Below are positions 12,445 to 24,800 of a stretch of DNA of 64,000 bases, in pieces. A model generated the notes under the pieces. It was given only the letters and a program-made list of their open reading frames with translations, made no database searches and had not been told where the DNA came from. The translations under genes were made by a program, and so were the position numbers. Numbering within the stretch: position 1 is the first letter of the stretch; each line of letters begins with the position of its first letter. Source of the DNA: Utricularia gibba. Lineage: Eukaryota > Plantae > Magnoliophyta. The stretch is taken from positions 17,576 through 81,575 of the forward strand of contig NEEC01000061.1 in NCBI GenBank assembly GCA_002189035.1, given 5' to 3'.

Positions 12445-12798
12445 TGGGACGTTGGGACTCGTTTGCTCGTTTTTATGCGAAAACTAATCTCGGCTTGCGA
12501 AACACGCGTGATTCGTTAATATATGTCAAAATCTTGAATTTCGCGGCATTCTCATGCGTTTCTCCGAGTGTGCTCGGGCCCTGGGAATTCCTACATTAAG
12601 GGGTGGCCTCGCGCAGCCTTCGCCATTGACGCCACATCGTCCAAACCGTTTAGAGTCACGCGACACACAGCATACCGTTTCGAAGCTCATTCTGAGACGA
12701 TCGTTTTTCGTGTTGGAGTTCGCCCATCCGAGGAAAGTTCGAAGCTCGACGGATGGCCCTATATAAGCCTTGAATGGTGTCACAAATGGCCTAGCCAT
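12445..12798 (+). repeat. First subtype C monomer (the dominant type in the right half)
   Basis: First appearance of cattaagggg, ctgagacgatc, gctcgacgg, tataagccttgaa and atggccta together. Confidence 0.9.
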
Positions 12799-15700
12799 TG
12801 GGGACATCGCGACTCCTTTGCTCGTTTTTATGCGAAAATTATTCTCGGATTGCGAAACACGCGTGATTCGTTAATATATGTCAAAATCTTGAATTTCGCG
12901 GCATTCTCATGCGTTTCTCCGAGTGTGCTCGGGCCCTGGGAATTCCTACACCAAGGGTGGGCCTCGCGCATCCTTCGCAATTGACGCCACAACTCCCAAA
13001 CCGTTTAGAGTCACGTGGCATAAAGAAATTCGTTTCGAAGCTCATTATGATTCGGTCGTTTTTCGTGTTGCGAACTCGCCCATCTGAGGAAAGTTCGAAG
13101 CTCGAAGGATGGCCCTATATTAGCCTTCAATGGTGTCACAAAATGGTCTAGCCATTGGGGACATTGCGACTCCTTTGCTCGTTTTTATGCGAAAACTAAT
13201 CTCGGCTTGCGAAACACGCGTGATTCGTTAATATATGTCAAAATCTTGAATTTCGCGGCATTCTCATGCGTTTCTACGGGTGTGCTCGGGCCCTGGGACT
13301 TCCTACACCAAGGGTGGCCTCGCGCAGCCATCGCCATTGACGCCACATCGTCCAAACCGTTTAGATCACGCGACACACAGCATACCGTTTCGAAGCTCAT
13401 TCCGAGACGGTCGTTTTTCGTGTTGGGAGCTTGCCCATCCGAGGAAAGTTCGATGCTCGAAGGATGGCCTTATATTAGACTTCAATGTGTCCCAAAATGG
13501 TCTAGCCATTGGGGACATCGCGACTCCTTTGCTCGTTTTTATGCGAAAATTATTCTCGGATTGCGAAACACGCGTGATTCGTTAATATATGTCAAAATCT
13601 TGAATTTCGCGGCATTCTCATGCGTTTCTCCGAGTGTGCTCGGGCCCTGGGAATTCCTACACCAAGGGTGGGCCTCGCGCATCCTTCGCAATTGACGCCA
13701 CAACTCCCAAACCGTTTAGAGTCACGTGGCATAAAGAAATTCGTTTCGAAGCTCATTCGGAGTCGGTCGTTTTTCGTGTTGCGAACTCGCCTATCTGAGG
13801 AAAGTTCGAAGCTCGAAGGATGGCCCTATATTAGCCTTCAATGGTGTCACAAATGGCCTAGCCATTGGGGACATCGCGACTCCTTTGCTCGTTTTTATGC
13901 GAAAATTATTCTCGGATTGCGAAACACGCGTGATTCGTTAATATATGTCAAAATCTTGAATTTCGCGGCATTCTCATGCGTTTCTACGGTGTGCTCGGGC
14001 CCTGGGAATTCCTACATTAAGGGGTGGCCTCGCGCAGCCTTCGCCATTGACGCCACATCGTCCAAACCGTTTAGAGTCACGTGGCACAAAGCATTTCGTT
14101 TCGAAGCTCATTCCGAGACGGTCGTTTTTCGTGTTGGGAGCTTGCCCATCCGAGGAAAGTTCGATGCTCGAAGGATGGCCTTATATTAGACTTCAATGGT
14201 GTCACAAAATGGTCTAGCCATTGGGGACGTTGGGACTCGTTTGCTCGTTTTTATGCGAAAACTAATCTCGGCTTGCGAAACACGCGTGATTCGTTAATAT
14301 ATGTCAAAATCTTGAATTTCGCGGCATTCTCATGCGTTTCTCCGAGTGTGCTCGGGCCCTGGGAATTCCTACACCAAGGGTGGCCTCGCGCATCCTTCGC
14401 AATAGACGCCACAACTCCCAAACCGTTTAGAGTCACGTGGCATAAAGAAATTCGTTTCGAAGCTCATTATGATTCGGTCGTTTTTCGTGTTGCGAACTCA
14501 CCCATCTGAGGAAAGTTCGAAGCTCGAAGGATGGCCCTATATTAGCCTTCAATGGTGTCACAAAATGGTCTAGCCATTGGGGACATCGCGACTCCTTTGC
14601 TCGTTTTTATGCGAAAATTATTCTCGGATTGCGAAACACGCGTGATTCGTTAATATATGTCAAAATCTTGAATTTCGCGGCATTCTCATGCGTTTCTCCG
14701 AGTGTGCTCGGGCCCTGGGAATTCCTACACCAAGGGTGGCCTCGCGCATCCTTCGCAATTGACGCCACAACTCCCAAACCGTTTAGAGTCACATGGCATA
14801 AAGAAATTCGTTTCGAAGCTCATTCGAGTCGGTCGTTTTTCGTGTTGCGAACTCGCCTATCTGAGGAAAGTTCGAAGCTCGAAGGATGGCCCTATATTAG
14901 CCTTCAATGGTGTCACAAAATGGTCTAGCCATTGGGGACGTTGGGACTCGTTTGCTTGTTTTTATGCGAAAACTAATCTCGGCTTGCGAAACACGCGTGA
15001 TTCGTTAATATATGTCAAAATCTTGAATTTCGCGGCATTCTCATGCGTTTCTCCGAGTGTGCTCGGGCCCTGGGAATTCCTACACCAAGGGTGGGCCTCG
15101 CGCATCCTTCGCAATAGACGCCACAACTCCCAAACCGTTTAGAGTCACGTGGCATAAAGAAATTCGTTTCGAAGCTCATTATGATTCGGTCGTTTTTCGT
15201 GTTGCCAACTCACCCATCTGAGGAAAGTTCGAAGCTCGAAGGATGGCCCTATATTAGCCTTCAATGGTGTCACAAAATGGTCTAGCCATTGGGGACATTG
15301 CGACTCCTTTGCTCGTTTTTATGCGAAAACTAATCTCGGCTTGCGAAACACACGTGATTCGTTAATATATGTCAAAATCTTGAATTTCGCGGCATTCTCA
15401 TGCGTTTCTCCGAGTGTGTTCGGGCCCTGGGAATTCCTACCTTAAGGGGTGGCCTCGCGCAGCCTTCGCAATTGACGCCACAACTTCCAAACCGTTTAGA
15501 GTCACGTGGCACAAAGCAATTCGTTTCGAAGCTCATTCTGAGACGGTCAATTTTCGTGTTGCGAACTCGCCCATCCGAGGAAAGTTCGAAGCTCGAAGGA
15601 TGGCCTTATATTAGCCTTCAATGGTTTCAGAAAATGGTCTAGCCATTGGGGACATTGCGACTCCTTTGCTCGTTTTTATCGAAAACTAATCTCGGCTTGC

Positions 15701-18677
15701 GAAACACGCGTGATTCGTTAATATATGTGAAAATCTTGAATTTCGCGGCATTGTCATGCGTTTCTACGGGTGTGCTCGGGCCCTGTGACTTCCTACACCA
15801 AGGGTGGCCTCGCGCAGCCATCGCCATTGACGCCACATCGTCCAAACCGTTTAGATTCACGCGACACACAGCATACCGTTTCGAAGCTCATTCCGAGACG
15901 GTCGTTTTTCGTGTTGGGAGCTTGCCCATCCGAGGAAAGTTCGATGCTCGAAGGATGGCCTTATATTAGACTTCAATAGTGTCCCAAAATGGTCTAGCCA
16001 TTGGGGACATCGCGACTCCTTTGCTCGTTTTTATGCGAAAATTATTCTCGGATTGCGAAACACGCATGATTCGTTAATATATATCAAAATCTTGAATTTC
16101 GCGGCATTCTCATGCGTTTCTCCGAGTGTGCTCGGGCCCTGGGAATTCCTACACCAAGGGTGGGCCTCGCGCATCCTTCGCAATTGACGCCACAACTCCC
16201 AAACCGTTTAGAGTCACGTGGCATAAAGAAATTCGTTTCGAAGCTCATTCGGAGTCGGTCGTTTTTCGTGTTGCGAACTCGCCTATCTGAGGAAAGTTCG
16301 AAGCTCGAAGGATGGCCCTATATTAGCCTTCAATGGTGTCACAAAATGGTCTAGCCATTGGGGACGTTGGGACTCGTTTGCTCGTTTTTATGCGAAAACT
16401 AATCTCGGCTTGCGAAACACGCGTGATTCGTTAATATATGTCAAAATCTTGAATTTCGCGGCATTCTCATGCGTTTCTCCGAGTGTGCTCGGGCCCTGGG
16501 AATTCCTACATTAAGGGGTGGCCTCGCGCAGCCTTCGCCATTGACGCCACATCGTCCAAACCGTTTAGAGTCACGCGACACACAGCATACCGTTTCGAAG
16601 CTCTTTCTGAGACGATCATTTTTCGTGTTGGGAGTTCGCCCATCCGAGGAAAGTTCGAAGCTCGACGGATGGCCCTATATAAGCCTTGAATGGTGTCACA
16701 ATATGGCCTAGCCATTGGGGACATCGCGACTCCTTTGCTCGTTTTTATGCGAAAATTATTCTCGGATTGCGAAACACGCGTGATTCGTTAATATATGTCA
16801 AAATCTTGAATTTCGCGGCATTCTCATGCGTTTCTCCGAGTGTGCTCGGGCCCTGGGAATTCCTACACCAAGGGTGGGCCTCGCGCATCCTTCGCAATTG
16901 ACGCCACAACTCCCAAACCGTTTAGAGTCACGTGGCATAAAGAAATTCGTTTCGAAGCTCATTATGATTCGGTCGTTTTCGTGTTGCGAACTCGCCCATC
17001 TGAGGAAAGTTCGAAGCTCGAAGGATGGCCCTATATTAGCCTTCAATGGTGTCACAAAATGGTCTAGCCATTGGGGACATTGCGACTCCTTTGCTCGTTT
17101 TTATGCGAAAACTAATCTCGGCTTGCGAAACACGCGTGATTCGTTAATATATGTCAAAATCTTGAATTTCGCGGCATTCTCATGCGTTTCTACGGGTGTG
17201 CTCGGGCCCTGGGACTTCCTACACCAAGGGGTGGCCTCGCGCAGCCATCGCCATTGACGCCACATCGTCCAAACCGTTTAGATTCACGCGACACACAGCA
17301 TACCGTTTCGAAGCTCATTCCGAGACGGTCGTTTTTCGTGTTGGGAGCTTGCCCATCCGAGGAAAGTTCGAAGCTCGAAGGATGGCCTTATATTAGCCTT
17401 CAATGGTGTCCCAAAATGGTCTAGCCATTGGGACATCGCGACTCCTTTGCTCGTTTTTATGCGAAAATTATTCTCGGATTGCGAAACACGCGTGATTCGT
17501 TAATATATGTCAAAATCTTGAATTTCGCGGCATTCTCATGCGTTTCTCCGAGTGTGCTCGGGCCTGGGAATTCCTACATTAAGGGGTGGCCTCGCGCAGC
17601 CTTCGCCATTGACGCCACATCGTCCAAACCGTTTAGAGTCACGCGACACAAGCATACCGTTTCGAAGCTCATTCTGAGACGATCGTTTTTTCGTGTTGGG
17701 AGTTCGCCCATCGAGGAAAGTTCGAAGCTCGACGGATGGCCCTATATAAGCCTTGAATGGTGTCACAAAATGGCCTAGCCATTGGGGACATCGCGACTCC
17801 TTTGCTCGTTTTTATGCGAAAATTATTCTCGGATTGCGAAACACGCGTGATTCGTTAATATATGTCAAAATCTTGAATTTCGCGGCATTCTCATGCGCGT
17901 TTCCGTGTGCTCGGGCCCTGGGAATTCCTACATTAAGGGGTGCCTCGCGCAGCCTTCGCCATTGACGCCACACATCGTCCAAACCGTTTAGAGTCACGTG
18001 GCACAAAGCATTTCGTTTCGAAGCTCATTCGAGACGGTCGTTTTTCGTGTTGGGAGCTTGCCCATCCGAGGAAAGTTCGAGCTCGAAGGATGGCCCTATA
18101 TTAGCCTTCAATGGTGTCCCAAAATGGTCTAGCCATTGGGGACATCGCGACTCCTTTGCTCGTTTTTATGCGAAAATTATTCTCGGATTGCGAAACACGC
18201 GTGATTCGTTAATATATGTCAAAATCTTGAATTTCGCGGCATTCTCATGCGTTTCTCCGAGTGTGCTCGGGCCCTGGAATTCCTACACCAAGGGTGTGGC
18301 CTCGCGCATCCTTCGCAATTGACGCCACACTCCCAAACCGTTTAGAGTCACGTGCATAAAGAAATTCGTTTCGAAGCTCATTTATGATTCGGTCGTTTTT
18401 CGTGTTGGAACTCACCCATCTGAGGAAAGTTCGAAGCTCGAAGGATGGCCCTATATTAGCCTTCAATGGTGTCACAAAATGGTCTAGCCATTGGGGACAT
18501 TGCGACTCCTTTGCTCGTTTTTATGCGAAAACTAATCTCGGCTTGCGAAACACACGTGATTCGTTAATATATGTCAAAATCTTGAATTTCGCGGCATTCT
18601 CATGCGTTTCTCCGAGTGTGTTCGGGCCCTGGGAATTCCTACAAAGGGGTGGCCTCGCGCAGCCTTCGCATTGACGC

Positions 18678-18733
18678 CACAACTTCCAAACCGTTTAGAG
18701 TCACGCACAACTTCCAAACCGTTTAGAGTCACG
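18678..18733 (+). repeat. 28-bp perfect tandem duplication inside a D monomer
   Basis: cacaacttccaaaccgtttagagtcacg occurs at 18678-18705 and again at 18706-18733. Confidence 0.92.
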
Positions 18734-18872
18734 TGGCACAAAGCAATTCGTTTCGAAGCTCATTCTGAGACGGTCAATTTTCGTGTTGCGAACTCGCCCA
18801 TCCGAGGAAAGTTCGAAGCTCGAAGGATGGCCTTATATTAGCCTTCAATGGTTTCAAAAGTGGTCTAGCCAT

Positions 18873-21800
18873 TGGGGACATTGCGACTCCTTTGCTCGTT
18901 TTTATCGAAAACTAATCTCGGCTTGCGAAACACGCGTGATTCGTTAATATATGTCAAAATCTTGAATTTCGCGGCATTCTCATGCGTTTCTACGGGTGTG
19001 CTCGGGCCCTGGGACTTCCTACACCAAGGGGTGGCCTCGCGCAGCCTCGCCATTGACGCCACATCGTCCAAACCGTTTAGAGTCACGCGACACACAGCAT
19101 ACCGTTTCGAAGCTCATTCCGAGACGGTCGTTTTTCGTGTTGGGAGCTTGCCCATCCGAGGAAAGTTCGAAGCTCGAAGGATGGCCTATATTAGCCTTCA
19201 ATGGTGTCCAAAAATGGTCTAGCCATTGGGGACATCGCGACTCCTTTGCTCGTTTTTATGCGAAAATTATTCTCGGATTGCGAAACACGCGTGATTCGTT
19301 AATATATGTCAAAATCTTGAATTTCGCGGCATTCTCATGCGTTTCTCCGAGTGTGCTCGGGCCCTGGGAATTCCTACACCAAGGGTGGGCCTCGCGCAGC
19401 CTTCGCAATTGACGCCACATCCAAACCGTTTAGAGTCACGTGGCCGTTTCGAAGCTCATTCGAGACGGTCGTTTTTCGTGTTGGAACTCGCCCATCCGAG
19501 GAAAGTTCGAAGCTCGAAGGATGGCCCTATATTAGCCTTCAATGGTGTCACAAAATGGTCTAGCCATTGGGGACGTTGGGACTCGTTTGCTCGTTTTTAT
19601 GCGAAAATAATCTCGGCTTGCGAAACACGCGTGATTCGTTAATATATGTCAAAATCTTGAATTTCGCGGCATTCTCATGCGTTTCTCCGAGTGTGCTCGG
19701 GCCCTGGGAATTCCTACATTAAGGGGTGGCCTCGCGCAGCCTTCGCCATTGACGCCACATCGTCCAAACCGTTTAGAGTCACGCGACACACAGCATACCG
19801 TTTCGAAGCTCATTCTGAGACGTCGTTTTTCGTGTTGGGAGTTCGCCCATCCGAGGAAAGTTCGAAGCTCGACGGATGGCCCTATATAAGCCTTGAATGG
19901 TGTCACAAAATGGCCTAGCCATTGGGGACATTGCGACTCCTTTGCTCGTTTTTATGCGAAAATTATTCTCGGATTGCGAAACACGCGTGATTCGTTAATA
20001 TATGTCAAAATCTTGAATTTCGCGGCATTCTCATGCGTTTCTCCGAGTGTGCTCGGGCCCTGGGAATTCCTACACCAAGGGTGGCCTCGCGCAGCCTTCG
20101 CATTGACGCCACAACTCCCAAACCGTTTAGAGTCACGTGGCATAAAGCATTCGTTTCGAAGCTCATTCTGACGGTCGTTTTTCGTGTTGGAACTCGCCCA
20201 TCCGAGGAAAGTTCGAAGCTCGAAGGATGGCCCTATATTAGCCTTCAATGGTGTCACAAAATGGTCTAGCCATTGGGGACATTGCGACTCCTTTGCTCGT
20301 TTTTATGCGAAAACTAATCTCGGCTTGCGAAACACGCGTGATTCGTTAATATATGTCAAAATCTTGAATTTCGCGGCATTCTCATGCGTTTCTCGGTGTG
20401 CTCGGGCCCTGGGACTTCCTACACCAAGGGGTGGCCTCGCGCAGCCTTCGCCATTGACGCCACATCGTCCAAACCGTTTAGAGTCACGCGACACACAGCA
20501 TACCGTTTCGAAGCTCATTCCGAGACGGTCGTTTTTCGTGTTGGGAGCTTGCCCATCCGAGGAAAGTTCGAAGCTCGAAGGATGGCCTTATATTAGCCTT
20601 CAATGGTGTCACAAAATGGTCTAGCCATTGGGGACATCGCGACTCCTTTGCTCGTTTTTATGCGAAAATTATTCTCGGATTGCGAAACACGCGTGATTCG
20701 TTAATATATGTCAAAATCTTGAATTTCGCGGCATTCTCATGCGTTTCTCCGAGTGTGCTCGGGCCTGGGAATTCCTACATTAAGGGGTGGCCTCGCGCAG
20801 CCTTCGCATTGACGCCACATCGTCCAAACCGTTTAGAGTCACGCGACACACAGCATACCGTTTCGAAGCTCATTCTGAGACGTCGTTTTTCGTGTTGGGA
20901 GTTCGCCCATCCGAGGAAAGTTCGAAGCTCGACGGATGGCCCTATATAAGCCTTGAATGGTGTCACAAAATGGCCTAGCCATTGGGGACATCGCGACTCC
21001 TTTGCTCGTTTTTATGCGAAAATTATTCTCGGATTGCGAAACACGCGTGATTCGTTAATATATGTCAAAATCTTGAATTTCGCGGCATTCTCATGCGTTT
21101 CTACGGGTGTGCTCGGGCCCTGGGAATTCCTACATTAAGGGGTGGCCTCGCGCAGCCTTCGCCATTGACGCCACATCGTCCAAACCGTTTAGAGTCACGC
21201 GACACAAGCATTCGTTTCGAAGCTCATTCCGAGACGGTCGTTTTTCGTGTTGGGAGCTTGCCCATCCGAGGAAAGTTCGAAGCTCGAAGGATGGCCTATA
21301 TTAGCCTTCAATGGTGTCACAAAATGGTCTAGCCATTGGGGACATCGCGACTCCTTTGCTCGTTTTTATGCGAAAATTATTCTCGGATTGCGAAACACGC
21401 GTGATTCGTTAATATATGTCAAAATCTTGAATTTCGCGGCATTCTCATGCGTTTCTCCGAGTGTGCTCGGGCCCTGGGAATTCCTACACCAAGGGTGGCC
21501 TCGCGCAGCCTTCGCATTGACGCCACAACTCCCAAACCGTTTAGAGTCACGCGCACAAAGAAATTCGTTTCGAAGCTCATTCTGACGGTCGTTTTTCGTG
21601 TTGGAACTCGCCCATCGAGGAAAGTTCGAAGCTCGAAGGATGGCCCTATATTAGCCTTCAATGGTGTCACAAAATGGTCTAGCCATTGGGGACATTGCGA
21701 CTCCTTTGCTCGTTTTTATGCGAAAACTAATCTCGGCTTGCGAAACACGCGTGATTCGTTAATATATGTCAAAATCTTGAATTTCGCGGCATTCTCATGC

Positions 21801-24800
21801 GTTTCTCCGAGTGTGCTCGGGCCCTGGGAATTCCTACATTAAGGGGTGGCCTCGCGCAGCCTTCGCAATTGACGCCACAACTTCCAAACCGTTTAGAGTC
21901 ACGCGGCACAAAGCATTCGTTTCGAAGCTCATTCTGAGACGGTCGTTTTTCGTGTTGGAACTCGCCCATCCGAGGAAAGTTCGAAGCTCGAAGGATGGCC
22001 TTATATTAGCCTTCAATGGTGTCAAAATGGTCTAGCCATTGGGGACATTGCGACTCCTTTGCTCGTTTTTATGCGAAAACTAATCTCGGCTTGCGAAACA
22101 CGCGTGATTCGTTAATATATGTCAAAATCTTGAATTTCGCGGCATTCTCATGCGTTTCTACGGGTGTGCTCGGGCCCTGGGACTTCCTACACCAAGGGGT
22201 GGCCTCGCGCAGCCTTCGCCATTGACGCCACATCGTCCAAACCGTTTAGAGTCACGCGACACACAGCATACCGTTTCGAAGCTCATTCCGAGACGGTCGT
22301 TTTTCGTGTTGGGAGTTGCCCATCCGAGGAAAGTTCGAAGCTCGAAGGATGGCCTTATATTAGCCTTCAATGTGTCAAAAATGGTCTAGCCATTGGGGAC
22401 ATCGCGACTCCTTTGCTCGTTTTTATGCGAAAATTATTCTCGGATTGCGAAACACGCGTGATTCGTTAATATATGTCAAAATCTTGAATTTCGCGGCATT
22501 CTCATGCGTTTCTCCGAGTGTGCTCGGGCCCTGGGAATTCCTACACCAAGGGTGGCCTCGCGCAGCCTTCGCAATTGACGCCACAACTCCAAACCGTTTA
22601 GAGTCACGTGGCACAAAGCATTCGTTTCGAAGCTCATTCTGAGACGGTCGTTTTTCGTGTTGGAACTCGCCCATCCGAGGAAAGTTCGAAGCTCGAAGGA
22701 TGGCCCTATATTAGCCTTCAATGGTGTCACAAAATGGTCTAGCCATTGGGGACGTTGGGACTCGTTTGCTCGTTTTTATGCGAAAACTAATCTCGGCTTG
22801 CGAAACACGCGTGATTCGTTAATATATGTCAAAATCTTGAATTTCGCGGCATTCTCATGCGTTTCTCCGAGTGTGCTCGGGCCCTGGGAATTCCTACATT
22901 AAGGGGTGGCCTCGCGCAGCCTTCGCATTGACGCCACAACGTCCAAACCGTTTAGAGTCACGGCACAAAGCATTCGTTTCGAAGCTCATTCTGAGACGAT
23001 CGTTTTTCGTGTTGGGAGTTGCCCATCCGAGGAAAGTTCGAAGCTCGAAGGATGGCCTTATATTAGCCTTCAATGGTGTCACAAAATGGTCTAGCCATTG
23101 GGGACATTGCGACTCCTTTGCTCGTTTTTATGCGAAAATTATTCTCGGATTGCGAAACACGCGTGATTCGTTAATATATGTCAAAATCTTGAATTTCGCG
23201 GCATTCTCATGCGTTTCTCGAGTGTGCTCGGGCCTGGGAATTCCTACACCAAGGGGTGGCCTCGCGCAGCCTTCGCCATTGACGCCACATCGTCCAAACC
23301 GTTTAGAGTCACGCGACACACAGCATACCGTTTCGAAGCTCATTCCGAGACGGTCGTTTTTCGTGTTGGGAGTTCGCCCATCCGAGGAAAGTTCGAAGCT
23401 CGACGGATGGCCCTATATAAGCCTTGAATGGTGTCACAAAATGGCCTAGCCATTGGGGACGTTGGGACTCTTTGCTCGTTTTTATGCGAAAACTAATCTC
23501 GGCTTGCGAAACACGCGTGATTCGTTAATATATGTCAAAATCTTGAATTTCGCGGCATTCTCATGCGTTTCTACGGTGTGCTCGGGCCTGGGATTCCTAC
23601 ACAAGGGGTGGCCTCGCGCAGCCTTCGCCATTGACGCCACATCGTCCAAACCGTTTAGAGTCACGCGACACACAGCATACCGTTTCGAAGCTCATTCTGA
23701 GACGATCGTTTTTCGTGTTGGAGTTCGCCCATCCGAGGAAAGTTCGAAGCTCGACGGATGGCCCTATATAAGCCTTGAATGGTGTCACAAAATGGCCTAG
23801 CCATTGGGGACATCGCGACTCCTTTGCTCGTTTTTATGCGAAAATTATTCTCGGATTGCGAAACACGCGTGATTCGTTAATATATGTCAAAATCTTGAAT
23901 TTCGCGGCATTCTCATGCGTTTCTCCGAGTGTGCTCGGGCCCTGGGAATTCCTACACCAAGGGTGGCCTCGCGCAGCCTTCGCATTGACGCCACATCTCC
24001 AAACCGTTTAGAGTCACGCGACACACAGCACCGTTTCGAAGCTCATTCGAGACGGTCGTTTTTCGTGTTGGGAACTCGCCCATCCGAGGAAAGTTCGAAG
24101 CTCGAAGGATGGCCCTATATTAGCCTTCAATGGTGTCACAAAATGGCCTAGCCATTGGGGACGTTGGGACTCGTTTGCTCGTTTTTATGCGAAAACTAAT
24201 CTCGGCTTGCGAAACACGCGTGATTCGTTAATATATGTCAAAATCTTGAATTTCGCGGCATTCTCATGCGTTTCTCCGAGTGTGCTCGGGCCCTGGGAAT
24301 TCCTACATTAAGGGGTGGCCTCGCGCAGCCTTCGCCATTGACGCCACATCGTCCAAACCGTTTAGAGTCACGCGACACACAGCATACCGTTTCGAAGCTC
24401 ATTCTGAGACGATCGTTTTTCGTGTTGGGAGTTCGCCCATCCGAGGAAAGTTCGAAGCTCGACGGATGGCCCTATATAAGCCTTGAATGGTGTCACAAAA
24501 TGGCCTAGCCATTGGGGACATTGGACTCTTTGCTCGTTTTTATGCGAAATTTTCTCGGATTGCGAAACACGCGTGATTCGTTAATATATGTCAAAATCTT
24601 GAATTTCGCGGCATTCTCATGCGTTTCTCGGTGTGCTCGGGCCCTGGGAATTCCTACACCAAGGGGTGGCCTCGCGCAGCCTTCGCCATTGACGCCACAT
24701 CGTCCAAACCGTTTAGAGTCACGCGACACACAGCATACCGTTTCGAAGCTCATTCTGAGACGATCGTTTTTCGTGTTGGAGTTCGCCCATCCGAGGAAAG

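Larger units (their letters stand above)
7472..18872 (+). repeat. Rearranged HOR domain: 4-monomer B-to-B blocks, 8-monomer and 11-monomer-offset duplications
   Basis: B-to-B spacings are 1420, 1424, 1419, 1421, then 7, 4 and 5 monomers. Block 10672-13509 (A1-A2-D-B-A-C-A-B) is repeated at 14578-17428 with shared private variants. Confidence 0.85.
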
